A stretch of 64,000 bases of DNA from Convolutriloba macropyga (taxonomy: Eukaryota): NCBI RefSeq assembly GCF_964194025.1, contig NC_134472.1:62434001-62498000 (forward strand), given 5' to 3'. The position numbers were made by a program, and so were the translations under genes. Below the pieces are notes generated by a model that did not search any database, was not told the origin of the DNA, and saw nothing but the letters and a program-made list of their open reading frames with translations. This document shows positions 11,470 through 25,100 of the stretch, in pieces (the stretch's first letter is position 1; each line of letters starts with the position of its first letter).

Positions 11470-14380
11470 ATTCTATTTAGACGCGTCTATAATTAAACCC
11501 AGTAGGAAAATTGAATATTTGCAACTGAAATTGTGGCCACATTTAGCTCAAAGAACGGGCAAACTGAAGTCTTTCCCAAACACGCATGTAGTTCAAATCT
11601 TAAATTTCTTCTCATAATTTTTCTTCAAAAAGTCACGAAAAAGTACTCCTTCCAAACCATAAGGAGCTTAGTCGTAGATTGAGCAAAGTTGGTGGTCCGA
11701 TATGCAAGTGCAGATTGTAGATCTTTTGTTTTTAGCCACAGTCCTATGATACCCTCGCCCTCATAACAGTCCATTAACCAGTCCGTTTGCATCCCCCAGA
11801 CGTATTTTTGGTACTTTGTGGTACTTAATCATGATAATTTGACGAGTTATGGTAAATAAGATGCATTATTGATCTCGACTGTCAAAAAGATGGTATGATA
11901 GAGCCATTCGCCAAAAAGTTAAATAAAAATATGAAATCACACTCTATGGATGCCTACATCACATGCTAAAACTGATGCCTCCATATGCGTTAATTTCAAA
12001 AATTTAGTGCATCAGTATATTGAAAAAGGATCGTTTGTGCATATTTTGATACTTTTTTGACAAAATTTTGATATTATTTGTCATATAAATGAGGGGGAAA
12101 ACAGAAATGCAGATTAAGGAACAGAAATGAACCCAAAGTCGATTAAAACACAGTTTTTTAATGAATCACATAGAGCGTAACTGAAGTCGATTAAAAAATT
12201 AGTTTTTTTGCTGCAAAAAGCAAATAATTTTGACCTTTTGAAAAATCTTTTTCTTGCCGCAAACAATTACAGCACACTAAAATGTCAATTGAAATTCATT
12301 GAGGCAGAAAAACGAAAAAAAAATATTTGCATGCGAATATCCTATCTCAAAAAACATCCCAGCTCTCAATTAATTTTCAAAGCTTTATGTAACAAAAATT
12401 GCGTCTTGATGAATTTTGGGGGTCTTCAGACAAATCAAAATCCATTTCAGTTAATGAGCAAAAGTTTGAAAACTATTTGAAATATCCTGAGAACCCGACA
12501 CCAGAGAGAATAGTATGTGACATTTTTTTGTCTGTGTCGTACACAATCAATATTGTGTACTTAACTTGAAGTCAGAATCACCGTAAGTTTATCAATTTTG
12601 TTGTTTCACGCGGCGCGTACACTTAACACAATATCGATGTAGGACTCGTCTAGCGAATTACCTATCTCTCACTATACAAAATTTCTATACTTGATAGTAA
12701 ATACAGTTGTAGATTAATTACTTCAATTTAGCAACTGAACACGAGATGCAAAATAAAGAGAATGAAACAAATGAATCTCGAATAACAAGAGTCACATAAT
12801 ACCTGAACAAATAATTTCCCGATACGGGAAAGAGGGCAAAAGACTTACACATGAAAATATTACTAACTTGGGGTACTAAAATGAACTTAACCTGGTTTCT
12901 GATAATCGTTCTTCAACGTAAGTCAAACATTAAAAGTACATCGTATATGAATTTTACTGCACTAATTTAAAATGAGTTTACTATGTACAACAGTTTGCAA
13001 TTAATTTTGCTTGCGTTCATTTTCGAGTAATCTGGTCCTCTGTGATTTATGCCAACTACTTGTCCCCATAGTTTTTATAATAACAGTTAGCATTGCCTTT
13101 GCAAAAATCTTAATTCGAATCATCGCATTTGTTATTTGTTTAAAAATTTTATTGACATTTGAAAATAACCTTTTTAAAGCTAATTAGGGTTTCACTGAAG
13201 TCGGCTAATGAACGTTAATGCGATATTCGCTTGTCCTTTTTCATTTCTGTTCTGACGTCTATAGTTAATCCCGAGAAGAAAATGAAATTTGCAAATGAAA
13301 ATGGGGCCACGTTTTTCTTTCGGAAATAGCCTTCTGCAAGAAAACGAAGGTCTCGATACGCAAGTACAGACTGTTATTCTTTTGTTTCCAGCCACCAGCA
13401 AAAACCTTTATTCACCCCCTTATAACAGTCCATTAATGAGTCCATTTGCATCCCCAAATTGGTTTTTCGATACTAAGAGGTATCTTATTTTGATAATGTT
13501 AAATTGCCGAAAATTATGCTTAAATGAAGGTAATAATACTCTCGACTGTCAAACAACGGTATTATAAAGCGCTTCGCAATAAAGTCAATTGAAAGCAATC
13601 TAGCGATCCCATTTAGTGGAATCCTACAAGATAGCCTAAAAAATTATGGCCACGTACACTTTTATTTCAAAACTTCACTGCATCACTGTATTGAAAGAGC
13701 ATTTGTGCATAATTTGAAAACATTATAAAAAATAAAAATGCAGAAAAATGCGATGAGACAGAAAGGGGCGTTAAAATAATTTGTCGATTTGGAAACAAAA
13801 CCTAACCCAAATTAGAATAGAACACAAACAATTGCAATAGAATTGTTGTTAGAAATTACATTTGAAACCAGAATCACTTAGATAATAACGCATTGAACTG
13901 AAATATAAAATTGGCCAACTATTAACCTATTGAAAATTCAATTTTTAAAGTAAACAATCAGAGCAAACTCAAGAGCCAGTTGAAGATCATTAAGGCAGGG
14001 GGAAAGTTTAAAAAATTTTCAAGCAAAAAAGCCTTCTCAATAATCCGCCCGTTCTCATTTTCTTCCGATGCTTTGTGCTATACAAATTGCGTCATGCTGG
14101 TTTCCAGATGAATCAAAATCCATTTCAATTAAGGAGTAAAAGTTTGAAAATTACCTAACATATCCAGCGAAAATGACGCCAGAGAGACTAGCATATGAAT
14201 TTTTTTGTTTTCAAAAAATTTTCGTTTCAGTTCTATTCGGGTAATCTGGTCGTCTGTGTTTTATGCCAATTATTGGTCCTAATTACTTTTCCTAATAAAA
14301 GTTAGACACTGTCTGTGCATATATTGAGATTGAGTTCATCATTTTTGCGATTTTTGTATTATTGTGGATGAAAAATTCAT
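11470..14380. repeat. Old tandem duplication (copy A ~11470-13150, copy B ~13250-14380)
   Basis: Collinear shared blocks such as ATAACAGTCCATTAA..AGTCC.TTTGCATCCCC, AATCAAAATCCATTTCA and GTAATCTGGTC.TCTGTG; copy A also contains a solo LTR. Confidence 0.75.
12535..12992 (-). mobile_element. Solo LTR related to the Gypsy LTR at 2056
   Basis: Termini TGTCGTACA...TGTACAACA, TSD GTCTG/GTTTG, absent from duplicate copy B; its reverse complement ends GTACGACA and shares TTTGCATCTYGTG with the Gypsy LTR. Confidence 0.8.
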
Positions 14381-17349
14381 AGTTACAAGAATCCTTCAAA
14401 ACTTTAAAGCTTGCTAAAGTTTCTTTGAAATCAAATACTAGAGAAGGTTGCAAAAACTTAGAACCACTGTTTCATCAAATGAATCGTTTAATAAATAGGA
14501 TTTTCGTTAAAACACTTTAATCATTTTTTCGGGTTATTTTCTGCTTCATATCATAAGATAGGTACTTTTCATTTTTTTAAATTTCATTGTTTCAATTGGC
14601 ATTTACTTGGATGTCATAACTATTGCAATCAACACAACAGATCAACAGTTTAATGATGCAAATATCAGTAGTCACGTGTATTTCTCCACATGTGAAGTAG
14701 ATATTTGTTGCAGTTTTTTGTTTTAACGGAATGAAACTTTTATCAACTACCAAGCTTAATTTAGTGGAGAAACTGAGAAAATGAAAAAGACTAAAATTCA
14801 TTTTGCGGAACATGCATTTTTTTCCGTTTTCTTAGAAGTGGGTTGCATTGAAGAAATTTCCCTATTCGGATAATAGGAATTTAATGTAAATGAACACTAA
14901 AAATCAAGTTTTTCCGGAATACTTGAACAATAGAAACGAAAATGACACAGCGGGCGAGTTCTTTCAAATTTTTGAAAGCTTTTTTTTTAAAAAAAAAGTA
15001 TTGTTCAATAATCGCACATTTGGAGAATCCTGTGTGTTGGACTCAACTCAAGTTCCATGTTATCTAGATAATAATACCGCCCCGGATTGTAATTCCAACC
15101 AAAGTTTGTTTTCAGTGAGAAACTATGAAATAAAAGTTTTTGTCACTATTTTGAATGAAAAGTTTGTCTTCGTTTTTTTCGAAAACACGTAAAATTTTGT
15201 ACTTCATTCTCCAATTTTGAACAAACGTAGGAGTTGTTTGTCTCTTCATTTCACAAGTTTCTACGCTGGTGCCGACGACGGTACGCCATGTTTCTATAAT
15301 AGGCAAGTACTGCTTTACTCAAGAAGCGGTGATTTAGTTAAAAGCTTACCAGCTTTATTTTCCCTGCACTAATGTTTTTACGAAACCTTTATTAAGAAAT
15401 AACACGATATCCTCTAAAAGAAGGCAGAGCAGTTTCGTGCTATAAAGAAATCGCTGAGTAGCCTAACACTTGGGCGCGTGCTTTTGTGAATAAAATAATT
15501 AAATTTTAGACTATTAATTAGCTGTTTTATGACAATAAAGCATGTTTTTTGCATGCAATCTAGTATTATCAGAACAGGGAATTTTCGTGTATAATGTACA
15601 ACAGTCCAGGCCTATTTCCTTATAGTTTTCATCAAAATTTCGAGGGCTACGAAGCACTCAAATGCCGGTCAAGGATTATCACTAATGAACCGAAATAGTA
15701 GTTTCTTTTATTCTGTTATATTTATCTTCATATATTCAAACATGGCCCGCATTCTGGCATGCAGACATATTAATCACACGCAATCTGATTCATACCTTGC
15801 TAATTGGTTACTTTGCACAAAATTGAGCCTCGAACAACCTAAACAATACATATCAACATTGCGTGGTTTTATTTGTCTCTTAAGTTTTATCACAATATCT
15901 GAGCAAACATATTTGCAAAGGGGAAGCTAGAAAGAAAACAGAAAATATCAGCGTCAGGCATCATAGCGCGATTTATTCGAAATAACATTTGTTTGCGCAA
16001 AAATATCTTAACCAGTTTATTCTTGTTTACTTGTTTCAATCAGCTTATTTGTTCGAATTTAAAAAGATACTTTTGCACAGTCTGTGCACTTTGAATGGCT
16101 CAATAATACTTAAGCATTAGCCACACATGGCGTAAGCTTCGAAGATCCCCAAACCCCCCCCCCCCCCCCCCCCACCCCGCTGAGGACCCCCTTATAGATG
16201 ATAAAGATTTAAGAGTAAATATTGTTGCTTTCGAGCATCAGCTCTTTGGCCTTGAAGATTTAATTTGAGCAGAACAATTTTGCAAATATTTAGTTCAAAA
16301 ACTTCTCACCATAAGAGCTCAGCGTCCGTTTATATTAAGAATGAAATTTAAATTTGTTTACAATCAACAATTAAATTTAACTCAAACATTCAAAACTATA
16401 AGAATTTAAATATTTCGGATTTAAATTCTCAGTTTGAATTTAAATGCGCGGTGGGACTATAAAAGCTCACACTTTAGACGCAACAGGTAACTAATAAATA
16501 TCTAAATTTGCGGATAAGGCGTTCTTTGATGTCGCTCTGTCGATATGCATTAAAAGATTAGACATAATTGAAGTGATTTGGTATGTCTTTTATCTGACGT
16601 TTTCAATCTGAGAGGCAAGTATAACTCATTGGCAATGTTTATTAACGATGAATCCACGAGTGCAAACTCACAAAATGTAAAAAAATATCACAAACGGCGA
16701 TGCAAGTATTATAGTTGATAGAATGTTTAAGAAGGGCTGAATAATGCCTCTAAAATTTCAATTCAATTGCAGTATAGTTAGAAATCTTTGAGAATAATCA
16801 CCAAATTGAAAAAGCAAAAACTATATAGAGCAGTTAGTTATCACTCTGCAAGCAATGCGGGAATCTACAAATAGGGAACATAAGACCCAGAATTATGCTA
16901 TCCATGTTCGATAACTTACGTGTAACTCAACCTCGACAATATCATGAGCTTTAAAAAACATGCACAACCCGACTATCGTCGAACGCATTTAGCTCAGTCG
17001 CCAACAATTTAGTTCAACTTGAATTTAAGAATAAGACAAGATAAATTAATCGCCAGATTCAAAAAGCAATCCACAAAAAAGGCAATCAAAAAGAACAATT
17101 AAAAATAATGAGATAAAAAGGTTTGTAATTTAAAACATAGCCGTCACATTGCCGGACAATAGACGACAAAATACATTTTTGATTTAAGACATGAGATTCT
17201 GATTTCAAATTCTATCCTTATTTCCAGATCAAACTTCAAACACTAATGTCGCTCAAGAATAATGTATAGACCATTGTATATGCAACCTTCACTATTACTG
17301 AAAACCAGTGACATCTTTAGTTTGCAATCTCTGTTGATTCAATAAAGCG

Positions 17350-17552
17350 CGGGGGGGGGGGGGTTCAAGCGCCTTGGATTACGGGCAGAACAAGGCGTAG
17401 AGTCTTGCAAGCCGAAAGGCTCTCAGAGAACTTAATGCCCTTCGTTTTTGAGGAAAAGCCAAAAGAGTCACATAAAAATTTGTTCTGCTAAAAAACGCAA
17501 AAAGACCACAGGACTAGTCTACTTGCTAAATACTTCGTTTGAGAGCAATTAA
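17350..17552 (+). repeat. Dispersed repeat, also at ~60820-61183 and partly ~31240
   Basis: Poly-G tract followed by GC.GAAAGGCTCT.AGAG.ACTTAATGCCC...TTTTTGAGGA...CGTTTGAGAGCAATTAA in both places. Confidence 0.7.
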
Positions 17553-18119
17553 AAAGAAAGTGGGTCAGCCGCACAAAATCCTCAGAGAAAAGACGCACCA
17601 GTGGCTCAAAAAATCAACCTGTCAGTTTGCCGGTCAAAAAAAAAACAAGGAGGCTCGGTAATGTGAGTACGCACAAGGCTCCGACCCCGTTCATCCACAT
17701 GCTTGACTTAATTTGCTACCAAATGACGATGATAGAAAACTTTCAAAACATACAAATTGTTCAATAAACGAAAAATGGGAAACAAAAATGCCGCGATAGA
17801 GGGCCGATGAAACTTGTTGTTAATAGGACCACTAGAAAAGACAAAAATAAAAATCAAAAACATTAATTACGACCAAATCCCGGTGTCTATAAATTTAAAA
17901 AAATCATAATAACTCGCATCAGACAAAACCTAAAAAAAACAAATTAACCTATACTTCATTAGAAAATATATGGAACTTGTCCTCAATACGACTGGGTAAC
18001 AGGTGGACAAAAAGAGTAAAAAGGTGCCAAGTTCAAAAATACGTTTAATTTTGAAAAAAATTATTTCAAAATAATTATTATCATTAAACATTAGCTGAAA
18101 TATCTATAATGTTCAATTA

Positions 18120-19830
18120 TATCTCCAAGGGAAGCAATTGAAACCTGTGATTATACAGTGTACGTTATACTACTACAAAAAGAGGCAAACCGGCAAAATA
18201 AAAAAGTTCAATTTCAATTGAACTTTGCGCGAAATTGGCATTCAAGTCGTCAAAACATAAAGCTGTCACTATGAGCATTAAAATTGTTCAAATAATCAAC
18301 TTTTCAAAGCCAATACGACCAAACATTAGTGTTGTAATTTAAAAAGAAAAAATACTTCAAATTATCAAACATTGTGAAAACTCGTAGTAACGAAGCCAAA
18401 AAACAAATGGTTGAAAATAAAAGATTAAATTACAGCTCACTGGGAACGAGTTGCGGCCTGTCTTTATAGAATAGTCAACAAATCAACCAAAAAACGATTT
18501 TTTTTTCAAAAAAAACGAAGCTGAAAAATCCGAAATTTTTCGAAAACAAATAACTTCAAAGTCATAATAGGCGTACTACTTCAACAAAAAGCAAAAGATT
18601 AAGTTGCAACACCTCACAAAGCGAATTGGACCTGTTATTACAAAGTCACGAGACTACAAAACAATCCAGGCAGAAGCCAAATTTTCGCAAACAATTTTAC
18701 GACACCAGAGTGTTCAATGCACTACAAATATAAGATATAAGATATTATCTGCAAAAGAATTAAATCATATTTTACTTCTCATCTGAACATCAACGGTTCT
18801 TCCTTATAAAAAGGACTATGTAAAAACGACAACAAACAAAAGAAACTTGATATTTTTTATGAAACTAAATAGTCGAAGCCATCAGTCAAAACAACCAAAA
18901 ACTATGTAGAAACGACAACAAACGAAACTTAATATTTTTCATGAAACTAAATAGTCGAAGACATCAGTCAAACCAACCAAAATCAAAAAAGTTCGAATCA
19001 ACAAAAGTAGTTGACACTTCTTATTAGTGAAGTTGAGTTACATGGTGACGAAAAAGAAAGCAAAAAGAAGAGGGTTGGAAATTTTTTTTTGAAGTTGATT
19101 TGAGTGAATTAAACAAAAAGCTATAGACTGAAATCTTAAGTAGATTCAGTTGACCACCCTGGGAAAGCAATTGAAACCTATCATTGTTAAGTATTTGGTG
19201 TACAACAACAAAAAGGAAGACAAACTTAGGCAAAAATAAAAATCCATTAACATTTGGAGAGAACTGTCTCAGCCCAAATGCATTAACTATTCAAAAAAAT
19301 TACCATATTTAAAAACCACATAAATCAACGCTGTGCATTTTCCTTACTATGCATTCCTTCAATCGGACCTGTCAAAAATTTAAAAATTCGACATGGAAAC
19401 AAAAACACAAAGGTGCGATTAAGTCCATAAATAAAAAAATGAAAACTCGTAGTATCAAAACCAAGAAACCATTAGTAGAAAAAAAAACCGTTACATACAT
19501 TAATTCACAACTCACAAGAAATGGGTTTCCTCTTTAATTTTACCGAGAGTACGCCAGAAGTTGAGAGATAAGATAAAACAGAGGCAAATTCAACGACCTT
19601 TATTAAATCAAGTATATTCAAAGCCACAAAAGACAATAGATAAACGAAAGCATTGTCTAGGTTCACTTATACCTCTTAAAAAGTCTATTGGAATTTTGAT
19701 ACGGGAGACTAAGTCATTGGAAAACAAGTAACAGATGAAAGCAGAACATGAGAAGTCCACCAAATTTTACGATACCATCGTTCAGAGCCATAAAAACCAT
19801 GAGCTTAACTCTGCAACCATAATGTACAGT
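18120..19830. repeat. Degenerate ~1 kb tandem duplication containing a younger ~86-bp tandem pair (18815-18982)
   Basis: AAGCAATTGAAACCT, TGAAAACTCGTAGTA and AATTTTACGA.ACCA each occur twice ~1 kb apart; ACTATGTA.AAACGACAACAAAC...CAACCAAAA occurs twice back to back. Confidence 0.65.
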
Positions 19831-21887
19831 CATTGGGCCCAATCTTTGTCTCTAATGTCTCTAACTATTATCTCCTAATTTTTGCCTCTAATTAGTATCT
19901 GTCAATAATTGAGCTCTGATTTGCCAGTAAGCAAAAGACTAAATGTGGAAATGTTTTAAAAAAGGCAGCGCCCCATTTAAATCTATGTTTTTTACAGTAA
20001 GGATCCATGGAGAGATCAAGATCAACCCTGATAATACTTCGCGTCTACGAAATGAATCAAACAGAATTTTTCAGTACATCAAAAATAAGAATGCAGTTTG
20101 TATAAGTATCGAGTTTAAATTTGCAAAGAACAAGCAAATTTCTAATTCCGGGAGGCTCTTGAAGTCAGTGGGAGTACAACTAGCGCTCTTTCTGTGCTTA
20201 CGAAGAACATGACCGCAGTTTTAATGTGTATACTTCCACAAAAATAAAGTGGGCTGAAAAAGCAAATTTGATCCCATTTTTGATCAAAAAGAGTCTGAAT
20301 TTTAAAAATTTAGCATGAATTCTAGCCAAAAAACTCAAACTCGGATCGAACAATTCAGCAACCCTCCTCTATCTTTAATGATAAAATCAATAACACTACC
20401 GCTAACAATTTTAAAATATTTAAGCAAAAATGACGAAAATTTAGTCAAAAATACGGAAAATGTGAATAAAAACAACGTAAAATCGTCTTTTATTCACATA
20501 ACTTTAAACCTCGATAACTCCCTGTAAAAAACTAAAATCAAAACATGTTTTTATTTCCATATTCTACGCTGGAGGGCTTAATGATAGCACCCATATCTCT
20601 CCGACGATTATTTCGATTGGCTAAAATTGACCGAAAAAAACTATTTGATTATATAGTTCCTCCCCCCCCCCCCCCCCCCCCCCCACTAAAGTGGGTCGGG
20701 AACATTTAATTATATGTAAAAGAAACCCTTTTCGTAACCTTGGTTACAATACAGTTCAACATCTTATCAGGATGTTGGCCTAAATACGTTAAGAGATTAG
20801 TGGCAATGTTCTAGATTTCAATCCGTATCCCCAAACATGACTTTAAAACTGAATTGTCATTGAAATTTTGTCCTCTAGATTAGAACAATGACATTGAAAA
20901 TTTCCTGACCATAATGACAATATCCTTGCTGAAATCTAATATTGGCTATCGAGAACAAGATTGAAATTTTAAAATTTTCGAATTCAAAGTCTGGAACACA
21001 AAAAATAATTAATCTTGGAACATACAGAAAACCTTAAGTTGAAATTTATCAAGTAAGTAAGTCAGCAAAGAGTAGAATCTGTTCACTAATAAGAAAGAGA
21101 AAGGAAATATAGAAAGAAACGACAAATGAAACCGAAACTGCATGTATAGCACCAAACGTTCAAACAGAACACAAAAAGTCCATATCTCGTCTCGTTTCAA
21201 AAACAAGGCGCAAAAGGACATTCGTAACACGTTCAATAATATGACCAATATCAAAATTTTGTAACTCACAGTTTTAAAACAATAAAATCAATTTTTCAAA
21301 TCATAACGACAACTAATATTATTGCGACAGAACAGCATTCTAGTAATATTACTATGAAATCTTCGGGCTATTAGGTAACTAATTTCTGAGGGTAGGCGTT
21401 GTTTTAAAGTAGATCTAATTAAGATAGCGACAAGATTTATTAACTTTTTGCACGATAGATTGTTAGCGCAGTTGTTTATTTGTGGTTTAAATTGCACGTG
21501 GTAATATATTAGCACTCTCAGTATAGCACTGCTTTTTCAAATCGGCACTATTTTGCAAGTAATTTGTAAGATTGTGCACCAGCATTTGAACGCCCCCTTT
21601 CTTACTTGTAAACAATTTGTTTATTCCATTATGCTGACATAATAAATTGTATATGCTAATCAGAATCGGTCGTTATCATTTATATCAGTGAATCAAAGCA
21701 ACTAAATATATTTTCTCAATTTATGTTTTTTAAAATGTATTGAAAATATTGTTTACTTTTTTGAGAAGGGGTTCGTTCCAAAAACACAAGTTGTAAATTC
21801 CCAACATAATTATCTTCTAAAAATCTTTTCAAATTACTTGAAATCAATTAATGACACAAACACGATGACATTTTATATTTCAGCTGA

Positions 21888-21893
21888 TTTATT
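21888..21893 (-). terminator. Putative polyadenylation signal of cyclin E
   Basis: AATAAA on the minus strand ~255 nt after the stop, followed by a GT-rich tract (GTGTTTGTGTC). Confidence 0.5.
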
Positions 21894-22146
21894 TAACAAG
21901 CTGTTCAAATTGGAAATATAATTTTTTGGTACAAATAATTAAATGAAACAATTAAAATGACATTTTGAGCACGAAAAACATTGGAACACTTTGTTTCAAT
22001 AATAGCACAAAAATAACAGCATTATGGTTAGGAAATTAAAAGTTTGTTGTTTTAAGTTTCTGAGGTCGTCGGTAGCTTAAGGCATGTAGCTTAAGGCAAT
22101 TATTGGTGTCCGAAAAGTTTAGCGACTTTCAACCACAGAAAAGTTT

Positions 22147-25100
22147 TCACTCTTCATCCTGGGGCGGAGTTAATAGCACCATGTTAATTTGGTCGATGGG
22201 ATTGAAGGAGAAAAGGTCATCGTCATCATCATCTTCAGTTTTACCTTCCGGCTCTTTCTCAGTCGGAGTTTTCATACTCTTTTCGGTCAAGGGCTTCTTG
22301 TTTTCGGCGTGAAATAATTTCGCGTTAGCTTTCTGTTGCGATATTGTCATCGCAAGCGCCTCCGCTTCTTTCAGCGCGCTCATTGTAGCCGAATGTTGAT
22401 GTAGCATAATGGACTTGATAACGGATCGTTCGCTCAGAACCTCCGGGTTGTTCTCCTCCAGGTACGTTTCTCGTGCTACTAACACAAAAGGTCGCATCCA
22501 ATTGAAACACTGTTTCAATTGTTCTTGGTCTAAGCATGTGAACTGAGACTTGAAAGACGTGTCAACAGCCAAAAGAACAGTAGCGGCCAACACGCGGGGC
22601 GAGAATTCTAACGATTGGTAGCTGACAGTGCACAAATCGAGAAGCACGGCTGCTTTTTGAAACAGCGAGGGGTCAAAGTTGTGGTTTACGAGCAAATTGT
22701 TTGAAGGAATTTTTTCACCGGCTGAGAGCGATCTGATTAGCTTTAATGTTGAACTCGGATTGTTGTTATAGACTTTTATCTGCAAGAAAAGCAGTAACCA
22801 TTGTAAGGCCGTCATTGGTGTCAGTTTCCATTTCAAATGTTGAACGAGGCAGATTTCAGTTTCGATTATTTCCATGACTTCGCAAGCACCATCGGTAACA
22901 TTTGCAAACTCCTTTGAGGGTGGCGGGTATATTTCCTCAATTTTAGAAGCTGTAAAAAGCGCAGTTGTTCCCAGGAGTTGAAGTTTGTCAGCTGCTATAC
23001 CTTTTGTAAGAGATAGAAATCTGTCGAAGAAGTTCACAGCGAGGTAGAATGTATCTTTGCGCATGCTGTAAGACTGCGTGACCTCCGACAACCATTCGAG
23101 AACAACGGCTCTGTGCTGGGCTGTTATTTTTGGGTGGTTAGTAAGCGCAGTTCTGTTCGTTCTATGTTGAATATCGTCATTTGTTAGCATCTCTTCCCAG
23201 CAAGCTCTGCTGTCTCCCCATGTAAGCTCAGGAATAGGGCATCGCAACGCCTCAATGCAGTTGACATTGAGCTGATTCAATTTTGGAGTTTCAGTAGGAG
23301 TTATAGGAGTATCGGCGATGACTTGACGAGTCGCTGCAAACGTGTTCGGGGTCATGACGTCATTGATTCCAGAAATCTCTCTCGCATTGCTTGATTCTTC
23401 CAATTGATGAGCTTCACGTGCAGATTTAGTAACACCAGCATGCTTATCTTCGTTAAGCATGTAATTCGCCACGGCCGCAGAACCAGAGCTCTGGACCGAT
23501 TTACTCTCAGTCTTGTCCAAAGGCAAATACATTTCGGTGACGTCAACCAGAGCACTCGACGTCTCCACAATTCTCGCGTCATTCAGCTCGGACACATCCA
23601 TGTAAGATCCACTCAAGGTTTCACTCTGCTCTTGTACTAACTCAGCTGCAGCGACCAAAGCGGGGATCGAAAACATTGGCACAACCCTCGGATTGGAACC
23701 GATGTTGTCCTCATTCCCAAAATGCATTCTTTGAGGCTCCTCGTTTTCCTGATCAATTTCAGTGGAGTAATTGTCACTACTGTGCGTGCTGATTGCATCG
23801 TCACTGACGTCATAGTAGCTGTTATTCACACCAGTGGAATCGGAGTATGCCTCGTTACAAGCTAACAAACTATCTTTATCGCAATCGCAACCCGGTTCGC
23901 AGTCCTCGTCTTGATCATTACCAGGTAAATCCTCCTCAAAATGGGAATCCAGTCCTTCCCTTACAGTGTGCGATGTTTTCATAGTAGCTCCACCAATAGC
24001 AACACAACTACCTGAAGAGTTTGAGCCATTTGAGTAATCGTCAGCTGATAGTGAAAAATAGCTGCTATCCATTTTGACCACTTGTATCAAGTTGTTCTCC
24101 TTGTCCGAGGATGTGCCTCCCGAATCACTGCTGCCGCTTTGGCTGTTAGTGCAATAGAGCGCTTCCGAGTCGATTTCTGAAGTAAACCGAGTGTTGTTCA
24201 ACAGCTGCTGGCTATTCAGGCTGTTTACATGTTTTGTTGGTTGTTGTTGCGAACAGATTCGGTTAGCGTTATTTACAGCCTCTGCATTTACTGGTATATA
24301 TTGAATGAAATTTGAATTCAAATTTGTGCCACCGCTTTCCACATGTGCTTGCGATGTAGTCGCAGTTATCCCGGAAAAGTGTATAGGATTAAACAAGGCT
24401 ATGTTATTACTCAGCAAAGATTGATGTTGAAATACGGTGGAGTTGCTCGTACTGTTCGAAAAGGCAGAGCTGTTATTCGCCGTGGCTCCTGTTCCCAATC
24501 CATAATCATGATGCATAAGAGCTGTTTGATTGTTGTTATGGCTCTGTGCAAAATTTTTAACTCCTAATTGTCCGGTCGACATTCCAGCAAGTAAATGTGC
24601 CACGTACAGGTGATTAGTCAGCTCGGAAGTGTTAAATGGGAAAGCAGGCCCACTTCCACTTATGAGTCCAGGCATTGAGTTCTGTCCACTCGCGTTGAAA
24701 GTTGAATTAGGAACTCCAATTTGATGCAACTGCATTTTGTCTGTGTTGTTCGATTCTAGTGACTTTTTACTATTGTTATTAGTGTAATTATCACGGGGAT
24801 AATTGCTGGAAAAGCAACTACTTGAATTTGCCGATTTATGATCCAAATTCCTCTGATAAGATTGAAATTGTTCAACGCTATTTCCTGTGATAAAGGAGTC
24901 TCTTCCTTTGGTAAAGGACGAAATGGACGCTCCTAGCTCACTTATCTCTTGTTGATGTTGGATCTGTTTTCGTTGCTCTTCTTTGGTCGTGGCAGAATCG
25001 GAGTCGCAACTTTTGTTCACGATAGATAACTCAGCCGCTTGCTGGACCAATAAGTTCCCACTATCAAATTCCTTTGCCTTTCTTCCTCTGCGTCGCTTGC

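Noticed and set aside
9500-22000. Many 60-100 aa ORFs in the AT-rich interval
   Set aside because: Lys/Phe/Ile/Asn-biased, often non-ATG starts, no domains; consistent with chance ORFs.
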